Assembly (NCBI GenBank): GCA_003543115.1
Contig: DPJH01000036.1
Span: 9,182 to 73,181, forward strand
Source: Candidatus Moraniibacteriota bacterium
GTDB taxonomy: Bacteria > Patescibacteriota > Minisyncoccia > Moranbacterales > UBA2206
DNA length: 64,000 nt
Direction: 5' to 3'
A model generated the notes under the pieces. That model did not search any database. It worked only from the letters and a program-made list of their open reading frames with translations, and was not told the DNA's origin. Every line of letters begins with the position of its first letter. Position 1 is the first letter of the stretch. Shown in pieces: positions 56,917 to 64,000 of the stretch. A program made the position numbers and the translations under genes.

Positions 56917-57475
56917 TTATAAATGTAATAATTTCTTCAAAAACATCATTAATGTCGAGATTTGTTGTGTCTAAAACAAAATCATAATTTTTTTCATCAT
57001 CCTGCCTGATTCCATAAAGAGAAAAGTATCGTTCGCTATCCTCTTCTCTTCTTTTTAGGATGCTTTTTTCTATGTTTTCAACAGTATTTAAATTGGCATC
57101 TTCATTGTCTCGGTTATTTTTTTCGCTTATATTTTTGAAAATTCGCTCAGCTGCAATTTTTGAATTAACCCGCAGGTAAATCTTTATGGATTGAGGAATG
57201 AAATGCCACGCAGTCCGGCTTTCTATGACGAAGCTTGCTTGTTTTTGCGGAAGTGAAGCTACAAAGTCATCGATCTTATTGTCGAAGCTGGGATCCGCAT
57301 CGCATATTTTTCTAAATTTTGGGAGGGATAATCCTTTTTCTTTAGCCATGTCCCTGTATATTTGTCCCATATAGTAACGTGGGATTTCGAGTTTTTCCGC
57401 TATCATAGCGGCCATAGTGCTCTTTCCTGAGCCTTCTTGTCCATTAAGGGATATGATAAGTTTTTTATGTGGCAT
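56900..57475 (-). CDS. cmk: cytidylate kinase-like P-loop kinase
   Basis: P-loop NGQEGSGKST, 191 aa, at the conserved position upstream of rpsA. Confidence 0.55.
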   Translation of the reverse strand: MPHKKLIISLNGQEGSGKSTMAAMIAEKLEIPRYYMGQIYRDMAKEKGLSLPKFRKICDADPSFDNKIDDFVASLPQKQASFVIESRTAWHFIPQSIKIYLRVNSKIAAERIFKNISEKNNRDNEDANLNTVENIEKSILKRREEDSERYFSLYGIRQDDEKNYDFVLDTTNLDINDVFEEIITFINEKSN

Positions 57476-57532
57476 ATATTTTTTTCAAGTGATTATATTA
57501 GTATAATACCATTAAATGAATTAATCAATAAG

Positions 57533-57566
57533 AAAAAGCTCTAACAAAAATATTAGAGCTTTTCAT
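57533..57566 (-). terminator. rho-independent terminator downstream of rpsA
   Basis: AAGCTCTAA/TTAGAGCTT stem followed by a T-run on the minus strand. Confidence 0.55.
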
Positions 57567-57588
57567 TATAGGAATTTCAAGACTCGGA

Positions 57589-58830
57589 TTATTTCTTTTC
57601 TTCTTCTGTCTTAATTTCTTTGGATTCGCTTTTTTTGGCTTTCTTGTCAGCTAAGACGAGTCCCATTCTGTGATCTTTAGCTTCGATAGAAAGAATCTTC
57701 CATTCATATTCTTGTCCAGGAGCAATTACTTCATCAATGTTTTTTCCTGGAAACATTTCTGACATTTCACTGATGTGCGCTAATCCATGGATATCTCGAT
57801 CTAGATAAACAAAAGCTCCAAATGGATTGATCCTATTGACCACTCCCTTAACCACATCTCCGACGTGATATTTTTCTTCAACTGCGCTCCAAGGATCTTT
57901 TTGAAGAGCTCTGATGGAAAGGGATATTTTGTCATTATCAATCCCAATGATTTTGGCTTGTACCTTATCACCTACTTTGGTAATGTCTCTTGGGTTTTCA
58001 ATTAATTGCCATGCAAGTTCAGAAATATGAACAAGTCCCTCTAGCTTATCTTCTTCTGTCGGCTTTTCTTTTTCAGGATTTGGCTGGAAGAACTTAACGA
58101 AGGCTCCAAAGTCGACAACACCGCTTACCTCTCCTTCTACAACATCGCCTACTTTAAGATTGGAAATGGTTTCCTTGTCTTTTTCGCTTTGAGCTGCTTT
58201 TTCGCTTACAATAAGCTTTTCTGATTCCCTATCAGCATCCAGAATGCGAACTTCAAGTTCTTGGCTAACCAATTTCTTGAGAAGAGTAAGGATCTTATTC
58301 TTATCTCCGTCATCAACGCGAGGATAGTTCTTGCTGGAAAGTTGAGATACTGGCAGGAATCCAGATATTCCATTAACTTCCACAAGAAGCCCTCCTTTAT
58401 TGGCGCTAAGAACTTTTGTACTGATTTTTTCTTGAGTATCACGTTTGCTTTCAATATCTTCCCAAGCTTTTTCATAAGATGCTTCACGAACAGAAAGTTC
58501 AATGTAACCATCTTCATTCTCTAGGTCAATAATTGTAGCTGCGACCCTGTCCCCTTCTTTGAGTTTTCCGGAACCCATACCGTCCTTGATTTCTCTTCCT
58601 AAAACTATTCCAGTTCCAAAAGGATCGATATCGAGATAGATAGCGTTAGAAGAAACCTCAATAACCATTCCTTCTACTACATCGTTTACCTTAGGGAAAC
58701 GTAATTCGCTTGTTTGAAGCAATTCTTCCATTGGAGATAGTTCAGCTTCATTGGTGATTGCAGACTTTTTTGGCTTAGAATCATCTATTTTGTCCACTTC
58801 AGTTGCTAGTTTGTCTAAGATATTAGTCAT
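57589..58830 (-). CDS. rpsA: 30S ribosomal protein S1 (four S1 domains)
   Basis: Repeated S1 OB-fold motifs (GxV.G.V....FGAFV) over 413 aa. Confidence 0.8.
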   Translation of the reverse strand: MTNILDKLATEVDKIDDSKPKKSAITNEAELSPMEELLQTSELRFPKVNDVVEGMVIEVSSNAIYLDIDPFGTGIVLGREIKDGMGSGKLKEGDRVAATIIDLENEDGYIELSVREASYEKAWEDIESKRDTQEKISTKVLSANKGGLLVEVNGISGFLPVSQLSSKNYPRVDDGDKNKILTLLKKLVSQELEVRILDADRESEKLIVSEKAAQSEKDKETISNLKVGDVVEGEVSGVVDFGAFVKFFQPNPEKEKPTEEDKLEGLVHISELAWQLIENPRDITKVGDKVQAKIIGIDNDKISLSIRALQKDPWSAVEEKYHVGDVVKGVVNRINPFGAFVYLDRDIHGLAHISEMSEMFPGKNIDEVIAPGQEYEWKILSIEAKDHRMGLVLADKKAKKSESKEIKTEEEKK

Positions 58831-59169
58831 TTTGTTAAGTAATTACATCTCAATTTATCCTTATTATGATATAAATTGAGATTTGCGATAACATCAAATC
58901 GCGTTAGTTATTAAATTGATGTTGGATATTTTTTTAGAATAAAATAAAAAAAATCCTTTTAAATAAGGAAATTACTAAGAATTATCATTAAAGAGATTGG
59001 AACTTGAATGTTTAAAAACAAAAAAGCATCTCAATATTCAGTTTTCTTAATAATTAACTATAAATTAATCATATATCACATTGGTTGTTTTGGCAAGGTC
59101 TAGTCTATTTTGCCTCGACAGTGCAATTTTGATATGCTAAAATATGTTTATAACAATAAAGAATTTATT

Positions 59170-59820
59170 ATGAATATTCAATACTATGGACATTCTTGCT
59201 TTAAAATAACAACGAAACCCGCAGGAAGAGGCCAAGAAGATATTAATGTTTTTCTTGATCCTTTTGATAAAAAAATCGGTCTTCGCCCGCCTCAAGGGCA
59301 AGCCGATTTAGTGCTTATAAGCCATGATCACTATGATCATAATAATGCAGAAGCTTTAAAAGGAGATCCAACTATTTTAAATATTCCAGGCGAATATTCA
59401 ATTAAAGGTCTTAATGTGGTTGGAATGTCTTCAAGTCACAGTGAGGATGCAAAGGAACCCAACACTATTTTCATTATTGAATCAGAAGATATGAGAATTT
59501 GTCATTTGGGAGATCTTGAGTCTGATTTAAGCGAAAAACAGCTTAGCGAGGTAGATGGAATTGATATTCTAATGATTCCGATCGGTGGAAAATACACTAT
59601 TGATGCAAAAAAAGCGATTGAAATAATTAAAAAACTTGAGCCGAAAGTAGTTATTCCTATGCATTACAAGATGAACGGCACAACTTTAGACATTGAAGAT
59701 GAGAAATTTTTCTGCAATGAGATCGGTAATTGTTCAAATATTAAAACTTCTAAATTAAATATAAAAAAGAAGGACTTAGAAGAGAAAAGAATGGAAGTGT
59801 TGGTGATGACGATTGAATAA
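59170..59820 (+). CDS. MBL-fold metallo-hydrolase (UPF0173-like)
   Basis: HDHYDHN metal-binding motif. The track ORF begins at 59110 but the conserved N-terminus MNIQYYGHSCFKI starts at 59170. Confidence 0.65.
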   Translation: MNIQYYGHSCFKITTKPAGRGQEDINVFLDPFDKKIGLRPPQGQADLVLISHDHYDHNNAEALKGDPTILNIPGEYSIKGLNVVGMSSSHSEDAKEPNTIFIIESEDMRICHLGDLESDLSEKQLSEVDGIDILMIPIGGKYTIDAKKAIEIIKKLEPKVVIPMHYKMNGTTLDIEDEKFFCNEIGNCSNIKTSKLNIKKKDLEEKRMEVLVMTIE

Positions 59821-60202
59821 AAGATTTATGAATCTAGCTGAAAAAATAGAAAAAATAAAAAAAGAACCAGAACATATCAGATTGCGTTATATTTGGTTTT
59901 GTGTTTTTATTTCCATGTTTTTTATAATTATGCTTTGGATTTTTTCATTGCAGATTGGAAACACGGAAAAAAGATCTGAAACAAGTGATGTTCTCGATTT
60001 GGATTCTTTGGGAAGCAGAATTGAGCAGGAAAGAGAAACATTGAAAGAGATAAATGAGAATATTAAAAATAGCAGTGACGAAATCATATCTCAAAACAGC
60101 GAGAGTAAAATAGATGAAAATTTTGAAGAAAATCAAACAATAAAAAATACACAAGAATCTATGGTGGAAAAAGATGCGCCTCTTTCTTTCCCTGTTAAAT
60201 AA
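59813..60202 (+). CDS. hypothetical membrane-anchored protein
   Basis: A 129-aa protein with one TM helix (YIWFCVFISMFFIIMLWIF) and an acidic C-terminal region. It overlaps the upstream gene end by 8 nt. Confidence 0.4.
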   Translation: MNKRFMNLAEKIEKIKKEPEHIRLRYIWFCVFISMFFIIMLWIFSLQIGNTEKRSETSDVLDLDSLGSRIEQERETLKEINENIKNSSDEIISQNSESKIDENFEENQTIKNTQESMVEKDAPLSFPVK

Positions 60203-60312
60203 GTTTTGTGTTAATCATAAAATAGAAAATATAATTTATTTAAATAATAAAATTTTTTTATTCACTTTTTGTTGCGTTCGGCATAGTGAATAAAGAAAAT
60301 TAAAGAATTAGA

Positions 60313-62745
60313 ATGGAAATTGGAAACATCAATTCAAGAGAAATAACTAAGGAAATGTCGCAATCTTATCTGGATTATGCTATGAGTGTGATTGTTTCCA
60401 GAGCTTTGCCGGATGTGCGCGATGGATTGAAGCCGGTTCACAGAAGAATACTCTATTCTATGTGGAATACGGGGCTGCGTTCAAACGCAAAATTTAGAAA
60501 ATCAGCAACGGTTGTCGGAGAGGTGCTGGGAAAATATCATCCGCATGGAGATGTGGCGGTATATGACTCAATGGTTCGTATGGCGCAGGATTTTTCTCTT
60601 CGTTATCCCATGGTAAAAGGACAAGGAAACTTTGGATCCATGGACGGTGATTCTCCAGCTGCTTATCGTTATACAGAAGCCAAATTGTCTCAAATGGCAG
60701 AAGAGATGCTTATAGATATTGAAAAAAATACGGTTAATTTTGTACCGAACTTTGATGGTCAACATAATGAACCGATGGTTTTGCCATCCAATCTTCCCCA
60801 GCTTCTTTTGAATGGCAGCATGGGAATTGCTGTTGGTATGGCTACAAATATTCCACCGCACAATCTAGGAGAGCTTATAGATGGCATATCGCATCTGATA
60901 GATAATCCGAATGCGACAATAGAGGATTTGGCGGAATTTGTGAAAGGGCCGGATTTCCCAACCGGAGGAATTATATATAATAAAAAAGATATACTAGAGG
61001 CCTACAAGACAGGGAGGGGCAAAATATTAACCAGAGCTAAAGCTGATATTTTTGAAACAAAAGCTGGGGCATTCCAAATTATTATAACGGAAATGACCTA
61101 CGCGACAAACAAAGCTGCTATGATTGAAAAAATGGCAGATCTTGTTCATGAAGGAAAAATTGTCGGCATAAGAGATATTAGAGATGAATCTGATAAGGAT
61201 GGAGTAAGATTGGTGATTGATCTAAAGAAAGACGCCTATCCGCAAAAAGTTTTAAATAAGCTATATTCCCTTACTGACCTACAAAAGAATTTCGGAGTTA
61301 ATATGTTGGCTTTGGTAGATGGAATCGAACCGACAGTTTTGAATTTAAAAGCTATTTTAGAATATTATATCATTCACAGAAAAACAGTAATAAGAAGAAA
61401 AACTCAATTTGAATTGGATAAAGCTAGAGACAGGGCACATATCTTAGAAGGATTGAAAAAGGCGCTGGATCATATTGATGAAATTATTGAGACGATTAAA
61501 AAATCTCAAACCAGAGAATTGGCTCATGCAAATTTGATGAAAAAATTCAAATTTTCAGATAGACAGACTACTGCTATCTTGGAAATGAGATTGCAAACCC
61601 TTGCCGGCTTAGAAAGAAAGAAAATTGAAGATGAATTGAAAGAAAAACTAGCTCTTATAAAAGAACTGGAGGCAATATTAAAAAGTGAGAAAAAGATCTT
61701 GGATATTGTAAAAAATGAACTTATTCGTGTAAAGGAAAAATTCGGAGATGAAAGAAGAACAAAGGTTATTAAGTCGGGCGTGGGAGAATTCAAGCAAGAA
61801 GACTTGATACCGAATGAGGAAGCTATAATAACTATTACCGAACAAGGTTATATTAAGAGAATGGATCCCAATGTGTATAAAGTTCAAAAAAGAGGTGGAA
61901 AAGGCGTGATAGGCGCTGTTACAAAAGAAGAGGATGGAATCAAGAAAGTTTTGGCTGTAATGACTCATGATGATCTTCTTTTCTTTACTGATTCAGGAAA
62001 AGTTTTTCAAACAAAGGCTTATGAAATTCCAACATCATCGAGAATTGCCAAGGGTCAATCTATCGTTAATTTCTTACAGCTTTCCCAGGAAGAAACCGTA
62101 ACCGCTATAGTTCCATTTATAAAAGAAGACAATTTTAAATATCTTTTAATGACCACAGAGCTTGGGACTGTTAAGAAAACTCCAATGGAAGATTTTGCAA
62201 ATGTCAGAAGAAGCGGTCTTATAGCAATTAATTTGGCCAAGGATGACATGCTTAAATGGGTGGAGGCAACAACCGGTCAGGATGAAATTATTATTACGAC
62301 CTCTAAAGGTCAAGCTATTCGCTTTAAGGAAAGTGACGTTCGGCCGATGGGAAGAAGCGCAGCAGGCGTCAGGGGAATTAAATTAAGAAAAGAGGACAGT
62401 GTGGTTGGAATGGACGCGGTATTTAAGAATCAAAAAGGAAATCAATTGATGATTATAACTGAAAATGGGTTTGGAAAGAGATCGGACCTGAAAGCTTATA
62501 AGATTCAAAAAAGAGGAGGATCGGGAATAAAAACCGCAAATGTAACGACTAAGACTGGAAATGTAGTGGGAGCTAATATTGTGAATATGGATGAAATGGA
62601 AGAAGATTTGATTTTAAGTTCTGGTAAAGGTCAGATAATAAGAATTCCACTAAATAGCGTGCCTACCTTGGGTAGAGCTACTCAGGGAGTAAGAGTTATG
62701 AAGCCACAGCCAGGAGATAAGGTGGCAGCTACGACTGTTTTGTAA
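60313..62745 (+). CDS. gyrA: DNA gyrase subunit A
   Basis: Has the active-site region [26 protein letters not shown] and C-terminal beta-pinwheel repeats. Length 810 aa. Confidence 0.9.
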   Translation: MEIGNINSREITKEMSQSYLDYAMSVIVSRALPDVRDGLKPVHRRILYSMWNTGLRSNAKFRKSATVVGEVLGKYHPHGDVAVYDSMVRMAQDFSLRYPMVKGQGNFGSMDGDSPAAYRYTEAKLSQMAEEMLIDIEKNTVNFVPNFDGQHNEPMVLPSNLPQLLLNGSMGIAVGMATNIPPHNLGELIDGISHLIDNPNATIEDLAEFVKGPDFPTGGIIYNKKDILEAYKTGRGKILTRAKADIFETKAGAFQIIITEMTYATNKAAMIEKMADLVHEGKIVGIRDIRDESDKDGVRLVIDLKKDAYPQKVLNKLYSLTDLQKNFGVNMLALVDGIEPTVLNLKAILEYYIIHRKTVIRRKTQFELDKARDRAHILEGLKKALDHIDEIIETIKKSQTRELAHANLMKKFKFSDRQTTAILEMRLQTLAGLERKKIEDELKEKLALIKELEAILKSEKKILDIVKNELIRVKEKFGDERRTKVIKSGVGEFKQEDLIPNEEAIITITEQGYIKRMDPNVYKVQKRGGKGVIGAVTKEEDGIKKVLAVMTHDDLLFFTDSGKVFQTKAYEIPTSSRIAKGQSIVNFLQLSQEETVTAIVPFIKEDNFKYLLMTTELGTVKKTPMEDFANVRRSGLIAINLAKDDMLKWVEATTGQDEIIITTSKGQAIRFKESDVRPMGRSAAGVRGIKLRKEDSVVGMDAVFKNQKGNQLMIITENGFGKRSDLKAYKIQKRGGSGIKTANVTTKTGNVVGANIVNMDEMEEDLILSSGKGQIIRIPLNSVPTLGRATQGVRVMKPQPGDKVAATTVL

Positions 62746-62754
62746 ACCAAGGAG

Positions 62755-62790
62755 AAAAAAAGACGAGTATGAATACTCGTCTTTTTTGTT
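62755..62790 (+). terminator. rho-independent terminator of gyrA
   Basis: A perfect stem (AAGACGAGTAT-GAA-ATACTCGTCTT) is followed by TTTTTT. Confidence 0.75.
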
Positions 62791-63070
62791 TGCTATTTAT
62801 GGCTAATATAAGCCATAAATTATTAAAATAATTTCTTGCATAAAAAATTCGCCTATAATACAATTTTTAGAATTTAAATGTATCAGACTATGTTAATTAG
62901 GCGTTGTTTTTTAAAAAAATACTCATAGTTAGAAATAGATGAGCTTTTATGGGCATTAAACCGTTTCATTTTATAATCTAGTTTTTTAAGATAGGCAAAA
63001 AATTGAGCTGTAAGCATAATATGTAAAAATACTATATTATGCAATATATAATGCATAATGTCAAATATAA

Positions 63071-64000
63071 TTAATTTTTTATATCATTACTATAACCTGC
63101 TAATGCAAATGTTATAAACAATAATATTTCTCCTTGTTGAATATCCCATAAATAATGGTCAAATAACATGATAAAAATTAAGCCCAATAAGACACCTCTA
63201 CTTATTTTAGATATATAGTAGATCTTTGTAAATGTTCCACGTGGAACATTATTTATTAAATTACTTTTTTTATTTAATTTATTGTTCCACGTGGAACAAT
63301 TAACATTAGTGATTATATTCGATTGCTTTTCTTTACTATTTATTAATCTTGTAAAAAATAGTTTATAAAGTAATGTGATAAATATAATTAATCCTATTAT
63401 TCCTAACTCGCTAAATATAAGAAGAAAAACATTATGAACAGGTTGAAATTGCCAATCTAATAAATTGAGATTTGTATAAGATTGCATTTGAGTAACAAAT
63501 TGACCTGATCCTAAGCCAAAAAATGAATTGCTTAAAATTGTTTCACGTGAAACATTTAAATAGATCATTCTTTCATCCAATGATTTAAATAATAAAGAAT
63601 AAATATTCGGCTTAGCTATTACAAAAAGAGTGGTTATAATTAAAGAAAATAAAAATAATTTTTTGGTAATAATTGTTCCACGTGGAACAATTAAGCTATA
63701 TCCAAATGTAATAAGTTTTGATTTATGCCATTTTTTTAAACTTGGCTGAGGAGGAATGCTTATTTTAAATATGTATAGAGCGGTTATTATTAGCCCTAAG
63801 ATAGCTGATTTCGAGAAAGTAAATAAAAGAGCGATGATTTGAATGGAAAATATTAGTTTCTTATTAGATATTATATATAGAATGTCGCCTGATATTTTAT
63901 TTAAGATGATTTTTTTATTGTTCCACGTGGAACAATAATTCACTTTATTCTTAGATAATTGTTCCACGTGGAACAATTTATAATAAATATAAGTGATGCT
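63071..64000 (-). CDS. O-antigen ligase/Wzy_C-like membrane protein (partial; 5' end beyond window) carrying six in-frame palindromic insertions
   Basis: Wzy_C motif FGLGSGQF...PVHNVFLLIFSELGIIGLI. The reading frame stays open to the window edge, and the track's start is a TTG inside a palindrome. The translation contains the repeat-encoded peptides VPRGT (twice), VSRET, CSTWNN (twice) and FHVEQ. Confidence 0.45.
   Translation of the reverse strand, partial: SITYIYYKLFHVEQLSKNKVNYCSTWNNKKIILNKISGDILYIISNKKLIFSIQIIALLFTFSKSAILGLIITALYIFKISIPPQPSLKKWHKSKLITFGYSLIVPRGTIITKKLFLFSLIITTLFVIAKPNIYSLLFKSLDERMIYLNVSRETILSNSFFGLGSGQFVTQMQSYTNLNLLDWQFQPVHNVFLLIFSELGIIGLIIFITLLYKLFFTRLINSKEKQSNIITNVNCSTWNNKLNKKSNLINNVPRGTFTKIYYISKISRGVLLGLIFIMLFDHYLWDIQQGEILLFITFALAGYSNDIKN
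63231..63250. repeat. palindromic element copy 1 (AATGTTCCACGTGGAACATT)
   Basis: A perfect 20-bp palindrome with a CACGTG core. Confidence 0.85.
63281..63300. repeat. palindromic element copy 2 (ATTGTTCCACGTGGAACAAT)
   Basis: A perfect 20-bp palindrome. Confidence 0.85.
63539..63554. repeat. palindromic element copy 3, variant (TGTTTCACGTGAAACA)
   Basis: A perfect 16-bp palindrome with TTTCAC arms instead of TTCCAC. Confidence 0.7.
63670..63693. repeat. palindromic element copy 4 (TAATTGTTCCACGTGGAACAATTA)
   Basis: A perfect 24-bp palindrome. Confidence 0.85.
63915..63938. repeat. palindromic element copy 5 (TTATTGTTCCACGTGGAACAATAA)
   Basis: A perfect 24-bp palindrome. Confidence 0.85.
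63957..63978. repeat. palindromic element copy 6 (AATTGTTCCACGTGGAACAATT)
   Basis: A perfect 22-bp palindrome. Confidence 0.85.

Noticed and set aside
59110-59169. N-terminal 20 codons of the MBL hydrolase ORF as annotated in the track
   Set aside because: The conserved MBL N-terminus begins at the third Met (MNIQYYGHSCFKI, 59170). The upstream extension lacks homology features and likely covers the promoter/RBS region.
63231-63978. Possible CRISPR array from repeated CACGTG palindromes
   Set aside because: Spacing is irregular (47 to 258 bp) and repeat lengths vary (16-24 bp). The repeats are themselves perfect palindromes, and all lie inside one open reading frame with a Wzy_C motif. No cas genes are nearby.
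1-64000. Alternative genetic code (UGA=Gly as in Gracilibacteria/SR1)
   Set aside because: Long housekeeping genes (gyrA 810 aa, PBP1A 845 aa, pnp 702 aa, ftsH 651 aa) are intact in the standard-code ORF track. UGA recoding would have fragmented them.

Overview
This is an AT-rich (about 30% GC) chromosomal segment read in the standard genetic code; long intact ORFs argue against UGA recoding. The small proteins (LspA 125 aa, YidC 257 aa) and gene content suggest a reduced-genome, CPR/Patescibacteria-like bacterium, but that is inference.

The window spans the replication origin: rpmH-rnpA-yidC-jag on one side, and dnaA-dnaN plus a DciA-like DUF721 gene on the other, with perfect DnaA boxes (TTATCCACA) in both dnaA-flanking intergenic regions.

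Housekeeping genes include trmB-like regulator, yebC, ruvC, PBP1A, ksgA, comM, lspA, dksA/traR, yraN, rpsO, pnp, pcrA/uvrD, xerC/D, tRNA-Val(GAC), tRNA-Met(CAU), ftsH, tilS, cmk, rpsA, an MBL hydrolase and gyrA.

Three accessory regions stand out:
- (i) 2811-7249: a 7TM membrane protein, three tandem ATP-grasp amide ligases (the first fused to a retropepsin-like RimB-type domain) and a GNAT acetyltransferase.
- (ii) 15421-20947: a surface-glycan cassette with a Wzx flippase, two GT2 glycosyltransferases and two Wzy_C/O-antigen-ligase-like proteins.
- (iii) 20937-37003: a roughly 16 kb minus-strand block of type IV secretion-like genes.

The secretion block holds a VirB4 ATPase apparently split into N-domain and ATPase ORFs, a VirB6-like polytopic protein, a VirB3-like small membrane protein, and a 942-aa Cys-rich surface protein. 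It also has a TolB-like beta-propeller, a Ca-binding TSP3-repeat protein, and two tandem paralogs sharing a 100% identical roughly 400-bp 5' segment. That segment encodes a VirB2/TrbC-like anchor; one paralog carries an SLT lytic transglycosylase, the other a putative peptidase.

At the window's 3' edge a third Wzy_C-like gene is punctuated by six copies of a perfect 16-24 bp palindrome (core GTTCCACGTGGAAC), each read in-frame.

An ORF-free, locally GC-richer 800-bp intergenic region (43699-44511) with several strong hairpins is a candidate ncRNA locus.
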